DNA of 62,888 nucleotides, counting the filler, from a bacterium (GTDB lineage Bacteria > UBP15 > UBA6099 > JAJRTR01), in the NCBI GenBank assembly GCA_024278215.1. It is 5 parts of 5 records of this genome, joined end to end, with 100 filler letters (N's around TTAATTAATTAA, not from the genome) between each part and the next. Parts side by side here need not be neighbours in the genome. Positions count along the whole stretch, not along the records: positions 23,053 to 39,516 come from JAJRTR010000034.1; positions 39,617 to 50,401 come from JAJRTR010000035.1; 3 more parts are not named here. One strand, 5' to 3'. The position numbers were made by a program, and so were the translations under genes. Position 1 is the stretch's first letter; the number at the start of each line of letters is the position of its first letter. The notes under the pieces are model-generated. The model saw nothing but the letters and a program-made list of their open reading frames with translations, did not search any database and was not told the origin of the DNA. Positions 27,963-43,572 of this stretch are shown in pieces.

Positions 27963-30900
27963 ATGGCAATTCTCCAGGGTAAAAAACCTTTTAAAGGGAA
28001 AAATTACACCGAATACAATTTCGGCAAACTCGTGTCTCCAATCGATCTGCCGGACCTGATAGAAATCCAGACACAATCGTTTAAATGGCTGAAAGATAAA
28101 GGTCTGATAGACCTTTTCAGGAGCATCTCGCCTATAGAATCAGTTGTGTCCACTGCCGATGAGGGCCTGATACTTGAATTCCAGGACATCATGTTCGACG
28201 AACCAAAGTATCCGCCCGAAGAATGCAAGCATCGGGAGAAAACGTACGAGGCGGGTTTCCGTGTTAAAGCACGGCTCATCAACCGGAAGACCGGCGAGAT
28301 AAAGGAACAGGAAGTCTATCTCTGCGAATTCCCGCTGATGACGGATTACGGGACATTCGTGTTCAACGGTGCGGAGCGTGTTGTGCTGAGCCAGTTGATC
28401 CGCTCGCCCGGTGTCTATTTCGCGGCTCCCAAGGAAGTCACGGGCATCAACTTCTTCACAGGAAAGATCATACCAAACAGGGGCGCGTGGGTAGAGTTCG
28501 AATTCGACATCAAGGGCCAGGCGTTCATCAGGATCGACAAAACAAGAAAGATTCCCATCACCACATTTCTTCGGGCGATAGGCTTCGGCTTCGACATAAA
28601 GAAGCGGAGAGTATTTCTCGAGGACAACATTACCATTACAGACCCGCTTCCCGAAAAACTTGTCGGTTTTATACTTGCGGAAGACCTCAAAGACCCGGAC
28701 AAAGGGAAAGTGATCTTCAAAAAAGGGATAAAAATCGATAAGGAAACAGCCGCGCAGATCGCCGGCCTGAAACTCAAGAAGGTCCAGATCACGGAGCCAT
28801 GCAGGGACATGTACATGGAAGACTCCATCCTGAACGTGCTCGAGAAGGAACAAACGATCACTCGCGATCAGGCGCTGCTGGACATTTATAAAAAATTGCG
28901 GCCTGGGGACATCCCCACCGTGGACCACGCGGAAAGACTGCTCGACAGCAGATTCTTCCTGCCTCACAAGTATGATCTGTCTCCGGTCGGAAGATACAAA
29001 ATCAATGAAAAACTGGCACTTGAGATAGACGAGGAAAGGCTCGCACTTACCAGGCAGGATTTCATCGAGAGCATCCGCTATCTACTCGCGCTGCGCCTGA
29101 AGGGCAAGCGGAACATGGCGCAGGAGCGGTATTTCGGTGAAGAAATACTTAGTGAAGGCGAACAGAAGTTCTACAAGGAATTCTGCAAAATCTATGGTGG
29201 CGAACCGACATCGGACGACATCGACCACCTGGGCAACCGGCGTGTCAGGTGCGTCGGCGAATTGCTTCTTAACAGGCTTCGCGGCGCGCTGGGTATGATG
29301 CAGAAAACGATTACAGACAGGATGATCCAGTATGACTCGATGATAGCGACGCCGCAGTCGCTGATAAATCCGCGACCGCTTATCGCTGCGATAAACGAGT
29401 TCTTCGGCAGCAGTCCTCTCTCGCAATTCATGGACCAGACCAACCCGCTGAGCGCACTTACACATAAAAGAAAACTTAGTGCGCTGGGGCCGGGCGGACT
29501 TACCCGCGAGCGAGCGGGATTCGAAGTGCGCGACGTACACCACTCCCACTATGGCCGCATCTGCCCTATCGAATCTCCTGAAGGCCCCAACATCGGCCTC
29601 ATCGGATCACTGGCGACTTATGGGAAGGTGGACAAATTCGGATTCCTGCTTACACCCTACAGAAAAGTAAAAAACGGTCGGGTGCTGAACGAAGTGGAAT
29701 ATCTCAGCGCGGCCCAGGAAGACCGTTACGCTGTGGCCCAGGCCAATGCGCCTCTGGACAGCAAGGGCAGGTTCACAAAAGAACTTGTTGCAGTAAGGAA
29801 ACGCGACCGCATCGACAGGGTGCCGCCGAAACAGGTAAACTATATGGATGTGAGCCCGAAACAGCTGGTGTCCATAACCACGTCGATGATACCGTTCCTC
29901 GAACACGACGATGCCAACAGAGCCCTGATGGGATCGAACATGCAGCGCCAGGCGATTCCGCTGATACGCTCCGACGCGCCGCTCGTGTGTACCGGGATCG
30001 AACGAAAAGTCGCCGTCGACGCGGACGCGGTTGTAACAGCGAAAAGAGCCGGGACCATCTCTTATGTCGACAGCCGCAGAATAGTGATAAAAGTAGCGGG
30101 CAAGCGGGAAGAAGATGAATACACACTGATCAAATTCTCGCGTTCCAACCAGAGTACATGTGTAAACTTCAAGCCGACGGTGCTGCCCGGCGAAGAAGTA
30201 AAAGCCGGCGACCCGATAGCCGACGGCCCCAACTGCGACAATGGAAGGCTGGCGCTCGGCAGGAACCTTCTTGTCGCATTCATGCCCTGGGAAGGTTACA
30301 ACTTCGAGGACGCCATTGTAGTAAGCGAAAAACTGCTGAAGAACGATGCTTTAACGTCCGTATATCTTGAAAAGTACGAATGTGAAGCAAGAGAGACAAA
30401 ACTCGGGCCGGAAGAGATAACACGCGACATCCCGAACGTCAACGAAGAAGTCCTGGAAAACCTGGACGAGAACGCAATTATAAAAATAGGAACACATGTC
30501 AAGGCCGGTGATGTGCTTATCGGAAAAGTCATCCCGAAGGGAGAAACAGAACCGACGGCGGAAGAGCGGCTCTTGCGCGCGATTTTCGGAGAAAAAGCGC
30601 GTGACGTCCGCAACACCTCGCTCAAGGTTCCCCACGGCGGCAAAGGTGTCGTCATCGGAGTGACCGACTTCAACAGGGAAGCCGGCGACGATTTCGCGCC
30701 CGGTAAAAATCGGAGTGTGCGTGTGTTCGTCGCGCAGAAACGGCGTATCATGGTAGGCGACAAGATGGCAGGCCGGCACGGGAATAAAGGTGTTATCTCG
30801 AAGATAGTTCCTGAAGAAGATATGCCTTTCCTCGAAGACGGCACACCCGTGGACATCGTGCTCAATCCGCTCGGCGTCCCGTCCCGCATGAACATCGGGC

Positions 30901-31526
30901 AGGTTCTTGAAACGCACCTTGGATGGATCGCGAAAAAGAACAACACGCATTTCGCCACCCCGATATTCGAGGGAATAATTGAAGATGAGATGCAGGAACT
31001 CATGGAGGAATCCGGCCTTCCGCCAGATGGGAAAGTAACGCTATATGATGGAAAAACCGGCGAGGCATTCGACCAGAAGGTGACGATAGGCCAGATATAT
31101 ATGCTTAAACTCAACCACATGGTCGAAGATAAGATGCACGCAAGGTCCACCGGTTCTTATGCGCTGGTAACACAGCAGCCACTGGGCGGAAAAGCACAGT
31201 TCGGCGGACAGAGATTCGGTGAAATGGAAGTCTGGGCGCTGGAGGCCTACGGCGCGGCAGTCACACTTCAGGAACTACTTACAATCAAATCCGACGACAT
31301 CACCGGACGTGTGAAAACATACGAGTCCATCGTAAAGAGAGAGAATATCCAGAAACCCGGTATTCCCGAATCGTTCAACGTACTCGTGAAAGAACTCCAG
31401 GCGCTGGCGCTGGACGTCCAGTTGCTCACAGGAAGCGGTCGCAAAATTGCGCAGGCTTCGGAAGACGACGCGGTAGGCTCCATACTGCTGGATGATCTTG
31501 GTATCCAGAGCCCGTCTTATACATAA
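27963..31526 (+). CDS. rpoB: RNA polymerase beta subunit
   Basis: [40 protein letters not shown]. Confidence 0.99.
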   Translation: MAILQGKKPFKGKNYTEYNFGKLVSPIDLPDLIEIQTQSFKWLKDKGLIDLFRSISPIESVVSTADEGLILEFQDIMFDEPKYPPEECKHREKTYEAGFRVKARLINRKTGEIKEQEVYLCEFPLMTDYGTFVFNGAERVVLSQLIRSPGVYFAAPKEVTGINFFTGKIIPNRGAWVEFEFDIKGQAFIRIDKTRKIPITTFLRAIGFGFDIKKRRVFLEDNITITDPLPEKLVGFILAEDLKDPDKGKVIFKKGIKIDKETAAQIAGLKLKKVQITEPCRDMYMEDSILNVLEKEQTITRDQALLDIYKKLRPGDIPTVDHAERLLDSRFFLPHKYDLSPVGRYKINEKLALEIDEERLALTRQDFIESIRYLLALRLKGKRNMAQERYFGEEILSEGEQKFYKEFCKIYGGEPTSDDIDHLGNRRVRCVGELLLNRLRGALGMMQKTITDRMIQYDSMIATPQSLINPRPLIAAINEFFGSSPLSQFMDQTNPLSALTHKRKLSALGPGGLTRERAGFEVRDVHHSHYGRICPIESPEGPNIGLIGSLATYGKVDKFGFLLTPYRKVKNGRVLNEVEYLSAAQEDRYAVAQANAPLDSKGRFTKELVAVRKRDRIDRVPPKQVNYMDVSPKQLVSITTSMIPFLEHDDANRALMGSNMQRQAIPLIRSDAPLVCTGIERKVAVDADAVVTAKRAGTISYVDSRRIVIKVAGKREEDEYTLIKFSRSNQSTCVNFKPTVLPGEEVKAGDPIADGPNCDNGRLALGRNLLVAFMPWEGYNFEDAIVVSEKLLKNDALTSVYLEKYECEARETKLGPEEITRDIPNVNEEVLENLDENAIIKIGTHVKAGDVLIGKVIPKGETEPTAEERLLRAIFGEKARDVRNTSLKVPHGGKGVVIGVTDFNREAGDDFAPGKNRSVRVFVAQKRRIMVGDKMAGRHGNKGVISKIVPEEDMPFLEDGTPVDIVLNPLGVPSRMNIGQVLETHLGWIAKKNNTHFATPIFEGIIEDEMQELMEESGLPPDGKVTLYDGKTGEAFDQKVTIGQIYMLKLNHMVEDKMHARSTGSYALVTQQPLGGKAQFGGQRFGEMEVWALEAYGAAVTLQELLTIKSDDITGRVKTYESIVKRENIQKPGIPESFNVLVKELQALALDVQLLTGSGRKIAQASEDDAVGSILLDDLGIQSPSYT

Positions 31527-31592
31527 TAGCGGTCGGGAAATATAATTCCCGGACGATCAAACATGCATTGAGGAGTGTTCATTTTGGCAAAA

Positions 31593-36122
<4,530 letters not shown>

Positions 36123-36168
36123 AGAAAACGATAAAATCAAAAAAAACTGAAATAGTTTATTTTTGATA

Positions 36169-36197
36169 TTGACATGTTATAGGCGATTGTTTATGAT
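36169..36197 (+). promoter_or_regulatory. sigma70 promoter of the str operon
   Basis: TTGACA-17-TATGAT upstream of rpsL. Confidence 0.75.
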
Positions 36198-36253
36198 ATT
36201 CATTTGTGCGCAGTGACGGCACATATTTATTAAGGTGAGCAAAGGAGGCTTCG

Positions 36254-36640
36254 ATGCCGACCATAAATCAACTGGTCAGAAAGAAGCGCAGTCCGCAGAA
36301 GAAAAAATCGAAATCCATGGCCCTGCAGAAGAATCCGCAGAGGCGCGGAGTTTGTACCAGAGTATGGACTATAACACCGAAGAAACCCAATTCTGCGTTG
36401 CGCAAAGTAGCTCGCATACGCCTTTCAAACGGCATAGAGGTTACAGCATATATACCGGGTGTGGGACACAATCTTCAGGAGCACTCGATCGTGCTCATCA
36501 GGGGCGGTCGTGTTAAAGACCTTCCCGGTGTCAGATACCACGTAGTAAGGGGAGTGCTCGACACAGCCGGTACCGAAAACAGGAAGCAAAGCCGGTCAAA
36601 GTATGGAACGAGACGTCCGAAAAAGACAGCGGGCGGATAA
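36254..36640 (+). CDS. rpsL: 30S ribosomal protein S12
   Basis: [33 protein letters not shown]. Confidence 0.99.
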   Translation: MPTINQLVRKKRSPQKKKSKSMALQKNPQRRGVCTRVWTITPKKPNSALRKVARIRLSNGIEVTAYIPGVGHNLQEHSIVLIRGGRVKDLPGVRYHVVRGVLDTAGTENRKQSRSKYGTRRPKKTAGG

Positions 36641-36701
36641 TAATACCATAAGTATTTCCCCACGCGCCTGAACAGCGAACGAGGGAATCGAGGGACGAAA
36701 G

Positions 36702-37172
36702 ATGCCAAGAAGAAAATATAAAAAAGTAAAAAGGAATATCGCCGATCCGAAATATGGTGATCCGGTAATAGGCTCGACAATACATTGCATCCTGAAAAGA
36801 GGCAAAAAGAGCCTCGCCGAAAGGCTTATGTATCAGACGCTTGATATTGTCGGAGAAAAAACAGGCAAAGATTCGCTCGAAGTCTATCAACAGGCAATTA
36901 AGAATGTATCGCCATCGGTGCAGGTAAAATCGCGCCGTGTCGGAGGCGCCACGTACCAGGTTCCTCTCGAGATATCCGGTGATAGAAGACAGGCGCTCGG
37001 CATAACCTGGCTGCTCGACTTCGCGAGAGCGCGCACGGGAGCGAGCTTCCCCGAGCGGTTCGCCGAAGAAATTATCGAAGCTTCGGAAAACAGGGGCGGC
37101 GCAATCAAGAAGAAGATCGATACTCATAAGATGGCGGAGGCTAACAAGGCTTTTTCGCACTACAGGTTCTAA
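36702..37172 (+). CDS. rpsG: 30S ribosomal protein S7
   Basis: [27 protein letters not shown]. Confidence 0.98.
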   Translation: MPRRKYKKVKRNIADPKYGDPVIGSTIHCILKRGKKSLAERLMYQTLDIVGEKTGKDSLEVYQQAIKNVSPSVQVKSRRVGGATYQVPLEISGDRRQALGITWLLDFARARTGASFPERFAEEIIEASENRGGAIKKKIDTHKMAEANKAFSHYRF

Positions 37173-37249
37173 AAGACCAGGATGTTGAGACCCCCGCGTT
37201 TCACCAATCATGCGAAGCGCGGGTTTTAATGTGTGAAGACGGAAGAGAA

Positions 37250-39322
37250 ATGAACGAACTGGAACTGAAAAAAACGCGCAATATCGGTCTGGCAGCCCAC
37301 ATAGACGCGGGCAAAACCACCACGACCGAGCGTATCCTGTATTATTCGGGCCGTGTGCACCGCATCGGTGAAGTCGACGCGGGCACCGCGACTATGGATT
37401 GGATGGAACAGGAACAGGAGCGCGGCATCACAATCACTTCCGCCGCCACATATTGCGAGTGGAACAACCATTCCATCAATATAATAGACACGCCCGGCCA
37501 TGTCGATTTCACAGTAGAAGTAGAGCGCTCGATGCGTGTGCTCGACGGGCTCATAGTTGTATTCTGCGCCGTCGGCGGTGTCCAGACCCAGAGCGAAACA
37601 GTATGGAGACAAGCCGACAAGTACAATATCCCGAGGCTTGCTTTTATCAACAAGATGGATCGAACAGGAGCGGACTTCTTTCGCGTGGTAGAAAAAATCC
37701 GCGAACAGCTTTCGGCAAACCCCGTACCTATCACAATTCCCATCGGCGCAGAAGAAACATTCGAAGGTCTCGTCGACCTGGTAACAATGGAAAAAGTCAC
37801 CTACAGAGATGACCTCGGCAACGACATAATAAAAACCCCGGTAGAAGGTGAACTGAAAGAAAAGGCTCTGCAACAGCGCTTGAAAATGATCGAAAGACTC
37901 GCCGACTACAGCGACGAAATAACCGAAAAGTTCCTTGCCGAAGAAGAGGTCTCCGAAAAACTCATAAAAGAAACATTAAGAAAAGCCACAATATCCGGCG
38001 ATATCGTTCCCGTGCTCTGCGGCACATCGCTGAGGAACAAAGGCGTGCAGCCGCTCATGGATGCCATTTGCGACTACCTGCCGTCACCGCTCGATGTTCC
38101 GCCGATCAACGGTGAAGAAGTGAAAACCGGCGAAGCGATACCCTGCAAAGTCGACGATTCCGAACCACTGGCCGCGCTGGCCTTCAAAATCGCCAACGAT
38201 CCTTTTGTCGGTTTCATAACATATATAAGGGTATACTCGGGCAGGCTGAAAAAGAATACGAAAGTCTATAATGTAAACCGTGGGAAAAAAGAGCGTGTCA
38301 CACGTATCCTCAGAATGCACGCTAACCACCGGGAGGAACTCGACGAACTTACCGCGGGCGCTATCGCGGTCGTTGCTGGTCTGAAATTCACAACGACCGG
38401 CGATACACTATCATCCGAAAGCAGGAAACTGCTGTTGGAAAACATCACATTCCCCGAACCGGTTATATCTGTGGCAATCGAGCCGCGCAGCCAGACCGAC
38501 TTCCAGAAAATGAACGAATCGCTACAGGCGCTGGCCAACGAAGACCCGACATTCAAAATGTATTTCGACGAAGATATGGGGCAGACGATAATATCGGGCA
38601 TGGGTGAACTGCACCTCGAGATAATCATCGACCGCCTGTTGCGCGAATACAAAGTAAGGGGCAAAGTCGGTCGCCCGATGGTCGCATATAAAGAAGCGAT
38701 TTCAAAAGTAGTGGTTTCACAGGGCAGCTACATCAGGCAGTCGGGCGGAAAAGGCCATTTCGCAAAAGTAACACTGGAAATAGGTCCCATGAAACCCGGC
38801 GAAGGCTTCAAATTCGACAACAGAGTCTCTCAAAACGAAATTCCGGACGAGTTCATACCGGCTATCAGGCATAGCATCGAAGAGTCCCTCACGAGCGGGC
38901 CGCTCGGCGGATACCCGATTATCGACATAAAGGTCACAGTCGCGGGCGGGCAGTACCACGAAGAGGATTCGGACGAAACAGCATACAGAATCGCTGCGAC
39001 AAACGCTTTCAGGGACGGTGTTTCAAAAGCCGGTCCGCTGCTCAAAGAACCGATCATGAAGATAGAAGTGGTAACACCCGAATCGCACATGGGTGACATA
39101 CTACAAGATATAAACGCAAGAAGAGGCAAAATGCTCGACATGAAGCCTTCACTCGGCGACACACGTATTCTAAAAGCGCTGGTCCCGCTTTCCGAGCTGT
39201 TTGAATATACCACGCATCTGCGTAACAGGTCACAGGGCAAGGCGACATACTCGATGGAATTCGATCACTACGACGTTGTTCCCGAAAGTGTAACCGACAG
39301 GGTGCTCGGGAAGACTGCATAA
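37250..39322 (+). CDS. fusA: Elongation factor G (divergent domains IV-V)
   Basis: [46 protein letters not shown]. Confidence 0.97.
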   Translation: MNELELKKTRNIGLAAHIDAGKTTTTERILYYSGRVHRIGEVDAGTATMDWMEQEQERGITITSAATYCEWNNHSINIIDTPGHVDFTVEVERSMRVLDGLIVVFCAVGGVQTQSETVWRQADKYNIPRLAFINKMDRTGADFFRVVEKIREQLSANPVPITIPIGAEETFEGLVDLVTMEKVTYRDDLGNDIIKTPVEGELKEKALQQRLKMIERLADYSDEITEKFLAEEEVSEKLIKETLRKATISGDIVPVLCGTSLRNKGVQPLMDAICDYLPSPLDVPPINGEEVKTGEAIPCKVDDSEPLAALAFKIANDPFVGFITYIRVYSGRLKKNTKVYNVNRGKKERVTRILRMHANHREELDELTAGAIAVVAGLKFTTTGDTLSSESRKLLLENITFPEPVISVAIEPRSQTDFQKMNESLQALANEDPTFKMYFDEDMGQTIISGMGELHLEIIIDRLLREYKVRGKVGRPMVAYKEAISKVVVSQGSYIRQSGGKGHFAKVTLEIGPMKPGEGFKFDNRVSQNEIPDEFIPAIRHSIEESLTSGPLGGYPIIDIKVTVAGGQYHEEDSDETAYRIAATNAFRDGVSKAGPLLKEPIMKIEVVTPESHMGDILQDINARRGKMLDMKPSLGDTRILKALVPLSELFEYTTHLRNRSQGKATYSMEFDHYDVVPESVTDRVLGKTA

Positions 39323-39376
39323 AGATATTAACAGGGCACACCGAAGCCCAAATCGCTAATTACGGAGGAAAAGGTA

Positions 39377-39516
39377 ATGGCAAAGCAAAAATACGAGAGA
39401 ACGAAACCGCACGTAAACGTGGGGACGATAGGACATGTGGATCACGGGAAGACGACGCTGACGAGCGCGATGACGAGAATACTGGCATTGGCGGGACAGG
39501 CGGAGTTCATAGAATT
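39377..39516 (+). CDS. tuf: Second EF-Tu copy, 5' fragment
   Basis: Identical to 23054-23193; follows fusA with a GGAGG SD; cut by the contig end. Confidence 0.95.
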
Positions 39517-39616
39517 NNNNNNNNNNNNNNNNNNNNNNNNNNNNNNNNNNNNNNNNNNNNTTAATTAATTAANNNNNNNNNNNNNNNNNNNNNNNNNNNN
39601 NNNNNNNNNNNNNNNN
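39517..39616. other. Artificial contig linker
   Basis: N44-TTAATTAATTAA-N44. Confidence 0.99.
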
Positions 39617-42371
39617 AGTCGGGGCCGTTATCCATTACTTCGACGATGAGCACGCGGCTGCCTTCCATGTCGGACTCGAATGCGCGCACGAGCACTTTCG
39701 GGTCCGTCTTGTTTTTTGATGCCGCTTCTACAGCGTTTTTCATTATGTGCCATAGTATGAGTTTCAACTGGTCGGGGTCGGCTTTTATGCCGGATGAGAC
39801 GCCCATCAGAGATGGTTCGAGCGTTATGCCGGGTGGTAGGTGTCCGCCGCTTTTGAGGTGTTCCGTAGATTCCCTGATGATGTCTTCTATGCGGCATGTT
39901 GTGAACTCGACGGGGTTGTCGTAGGCGTACATGCCGAGTGAAATGTTTGCGTGTGCGAGATCGCGGCAGTTTGCCATTGCCCCGGCCCATAATGCGCGTG
40001 TTTCATCGGCGAAGATGCTGCCGCCCAGTGCTTTCAGCGTATCGGCGATGTTGTCGATTGCCGGTTCGATCTTTTCTGAAATGGTGCGTGCCATTCTGGT
40101 GCGTGTGCGCGATTCGAGTACACGGTTTTCGCGTTTTCGCAGTCGCCGTTCGGTGTCTATGTCTTTGAAGGTGACGATGTAGCCGCCTGAAGTGCCTCCG
40201 CGTATGGCGACTGCGCGTGCGGAGGTGAGGAACTTGCGACCGTTGCCTGCTTTCACTTTGACTTCGCGCTCGATGATGCCGTCTTTGTTTGCCGCCGAAA
40301 GGTCCATAAGCGTGCCCGGCAAAGCGTTGATATAATCGAGTTTTCTGTTCTGGTACGATTCTTTTCTTTCCTTGAACATGGCGGCGAAGGCGGAGTTTAC
40401 CATCACGATTTTCGCGTCGGCGCCCACGATGGCCAGCGGTTCGGGGACATGCTCGAAGATGAGTGTGAGGAACCGCAGTTTATTCTCCAGCTTCGGCCTG
40501 ATCTCGCCGGACTCGCGGTCTTCGAGTCTGCTCATCGGCACAATGCGGAAGCCGAGTACGAAACCCGGTTCGCCGTCACCGGCGGGAATGCAGCCGACTG
40601 CTATTTCGACGCGCATCCTGCTGTTGTCCACTGAAATATCAATCTCGCTCATCGGCGGTGGAGCGCCGGGCTGTCCGGCTTCGTCGAGCAGGGGCTTCAT
40701 TTCGTCGAGATTGCCGGATGCCACATAGTCGAACCAGTTACCGGCGAAGTTGTCGTCTTCCGCGCTGAGCACGGCTTTAGCGGCGGGATTCATCCACTCG
40801 ATGTCGCCGCCCGCTTTGACGACGACCAGCGGATCGCCTGCTTGCGTTGCCACATTCCGGAAGAACTTCTCGGACCTGGCTACTTTTTCGTGCCGTTCGA
40901 CAAAATCGCTGACTTCACGTCCATAGAAAAGAATGCCGCCGGATTCGGACGATATCGGGTATATCTGGAAATCGAAGAATTCTTCGCCATCGGAGCCGGG
41001 CAGTGTGAAACGCACTTTACACACGGTTTTCGCCTGTCCGGTTCTTACTACGTCGCCCGCGATTTCGCGGAGTTTGTTCTGCCCCCAGGCGTCGCCGAGC
41101 GTTGCGAGCGACTTTCCGATTGACGGCCGCTTGCTTTTGTCGACAAAGTATTCGGCCTTCTCGTTCGCCATGATCACGTTCATGTGCGAGTCGGCGACAA
41201 GGAAAATATCCTGTATGCTGGACAGGATGCCCTGGTTGAACCGGGCGGTTTTGCGCACGTCTTCGAGTTCGCGCGAGCCGCGCGCCTGCGACTTCTCGAT
41301 CATTTCCACCATGTGGTTAAACGAGTTCGCGAGACGGTCGAGGCCGCAGGTTTCGTTTGCCGCCACGAACTGGTCGCGTTTACCTTCCGCGACGCCTTCC
41401 ATGCGCGAGTATAGAATGAAGAGAAACCTTGTTATTGTCTGCGCCTGTATCAGCGCGAGGGCGGCGGCGCCCGCCGTGCCCAGCACCATGAACACTACCA
41501 TCAGCTTGAACAGTACGCCCGTACCCGCGCCGGCTTCGGACAGCGGTCTCTGTGCGATCAGGCCCCATCCCATGGGCTCCACGGGATAGAACGCCGCGAG
41601 CATCTGCCTGCGGTCATATTCACTGATTGTAGACCCCATCATTCCGGACACAACCTGTTTCACAGCCTCGTAGTTCGACACATTGACGACTGTGCCCGCT
41701 TTTTTCGTGTCGCCTGAAAGCACCAGTCTGCCCGCGCCGTCGACGAGATATGAAAACCCCGTTTCGCCGGGATTGATACCCATTACAATAGATTGAAGGT
41801 CTTTATCCTCTATATTTATGCCGCCCGCCAGGATACGGATAACATCGCCGGAACCTCCATATACCGGCTGAAGCACATAGGCTCTTTTCGAGGCATCTTC
41901 CGTCATGTAAAGATTTGTAAAACATGTTTGTGTTTCACCTGTGCTGACTTTGTCGAAACAGAGGTCGCCCGCAAGGCTGCGCGCGAGTTCCGCCGTGTCA
42001 CCGGCAACTGCTGCTACGCGCCCGCTCCGGTTGTATAGAAAAAGTGACGTCACGTATGGAGAATGGCGGACCTGCGTGGAAAGAAAGTTGTTGATTGCAG
42101 AACTGCTCTTGCTTTTTATTGTTTTCGAGCCGGCTATGGACTCGACGCTGCGGGCGACATTATCCGCAATGTTGCCGATTGCCTGCGCGCCGGTGCGCGC
42201 GGCCAGGAGCTGTTCGAGTTTCAACTGGTCGCGGATCAGCGACCTGCTGCGAAACGAAAGCACCAGCCCGACTATCATTATCGCTGCGAACACGCCGACT
42301 GCGAATGGAACCACGTAGCGTGCCTGCAACTGGTTCAGGCCGGAATCATATTCGGCAAAATCGTCTTTCAA
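39617..42371 (-). CDS. Membrane sensor: Cache-HAMP-multi-PAS-histidine-kinase-like protein (3' truncated)
   Basis: Two TMs flanking a Cache-like domain (GETGFSYLVD, WGLI), three PAS-like repeats, N-box QLKLILWHIMKNAVEA and G1 box VMDNGP. Confidence 0.82.
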
Positions 42372-42425
42372 ACTCTGCTCCGTCCTTTTGAAGTCCTGCG
42401 CGTGGCATTCAGGTCCATCGCGGAA

Positions 42426-42790
42426 AAAGTGTAGACAAGGGCGCGGTCATCGTCCCGCACCTTAACCTTTGCCCGCACATACAGTTATCGCAAAAAATAC
42501 GCTCAGGCGCGGGACGGTGACCGCGCCCTACACTTTGTGTCGATTTTACTACTCGTTCCTACCGTTTTTATCCGCGTTCCCAAGGTCCTCCTTGGGAACG
42601 CATGAAACCGGAAGCTCCATCTTCCACCATAATATTTTTGAGACAACACGTTGTCGCTTAAGGCCAATACTATTTACTTAAGGTCATGCCCGGCCACAGG
42701 CGGGACGCCTGTGCTACTGTATCTCACAGCATCGCGGCAGTACGACAGGCGTCTCGCCTGTCGTAAAAAGCATTAAGTAAACGGTATTGT
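42426..42790. repeat. Cluster of REP/MITE-like palindromic repeats
   Basis: Inverted pair 42438-42462 / 42505-42531, perfect 12-bp stem 42574-42601, and a 17-bp IR (42665-42681 / 42773-42789) enclosing two ACAGGCG..CGCCTGT palindromes. Confidence 0.75.
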
Positions 42791-42848
42791 CGCATACGGC
42801 ACGATAAGGGGCTATCAGACGAGGGCGACTGCTTCCCGGCGAGCCCGC

Positions 42849-43451
42849 TCAGTTGGATGCAGCGCCGACGGCGACTGCCGCGACTATACCTATCCACATC
42901 ATTGTCTGAGAAGTCTTGCGGTCTTTTCGCTCTTTCTGGATAGCGGCGTTCAGCGCTTTGACATCTTCTCTGACGGTTGACAGTTGATCGCGCATCTGCC
43001 TGTTTTCGGAATCGACCTTGTCGAAGCGGTCTTCGAACTTCACCATCATGCTCGACAGGTCCTTTTCAGTAACGGCCCGCGAATCATCGAGGTTTTTCAA
43101 CTTTGCATTCAGCGCCTCGACGCGCGATTCGTAGTCGGAAACATCATTCTTGAATTCCGTGCTGAGTTTCTGGATCGCCTGCACATCGGTGCCTCCGGCG
43201 TTGATTTCGCCGCTCTGTATCTGGTCGATGAGTTTCGATACGGCTGCCGCGAACACCACCCTGCTGACGGGCAGGTCTTCGCGAAACGTGCCATCGTCGT
43301 ACAGAGCAAGATAGCCGTTTTTAAGCAATTTCTGCACACTGTTATAGGCCCAGTGGCTCGGGCTCATATCCTTGATCTCTACCGCCTGCGCATTCATGCT
43401 TCCGATACACACAAAAGCAATCACAGCCAATAATCCAACAATCCTTTTCAT
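42849..43451 (-). CDS. SLH domain, coiled coil and C-terminal hydrophobic anchor (Omp-alpha-like envelope tether)
   Basis: Signal peptide; SLH motif DMSPSHWAYNSVQKL..GY...YDDGTF; heptad coiled coil; C-terminal MWIGIVAAVAVGAA; GAGGAGGAG SD. Confidence 0.82.
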   Translation of the reverse strand: MKRIVGLLAVIAFVCIGSMNAQAVEIKDMSPSHWAYNSVQKLLKNGYLALYDDGTFREDLPVSRVVFAAAVSKLIDQIQSGEINAGGTDVQAIQKLSTEFKNDVSDYESRVEALNAKLKNLDDSRAVTEKDLSSMMVKFEDRFDKVDSENRQMRDQLSTVREDVKALNAAIQKERKDRKTSQTMMWIGIVAAVAVGAASN

Positions 43452-43572
43452 TGGGTAACTCCTCCTCTTTTATTTCGGTTTTTCCGTTGTTATACCCTCG
43501 CGACCGAACCGCGCCTTACCAATCCGGCAGCTATTACAAAAGCACACAGGCGCAACCTGTGAGCCAATTGCA

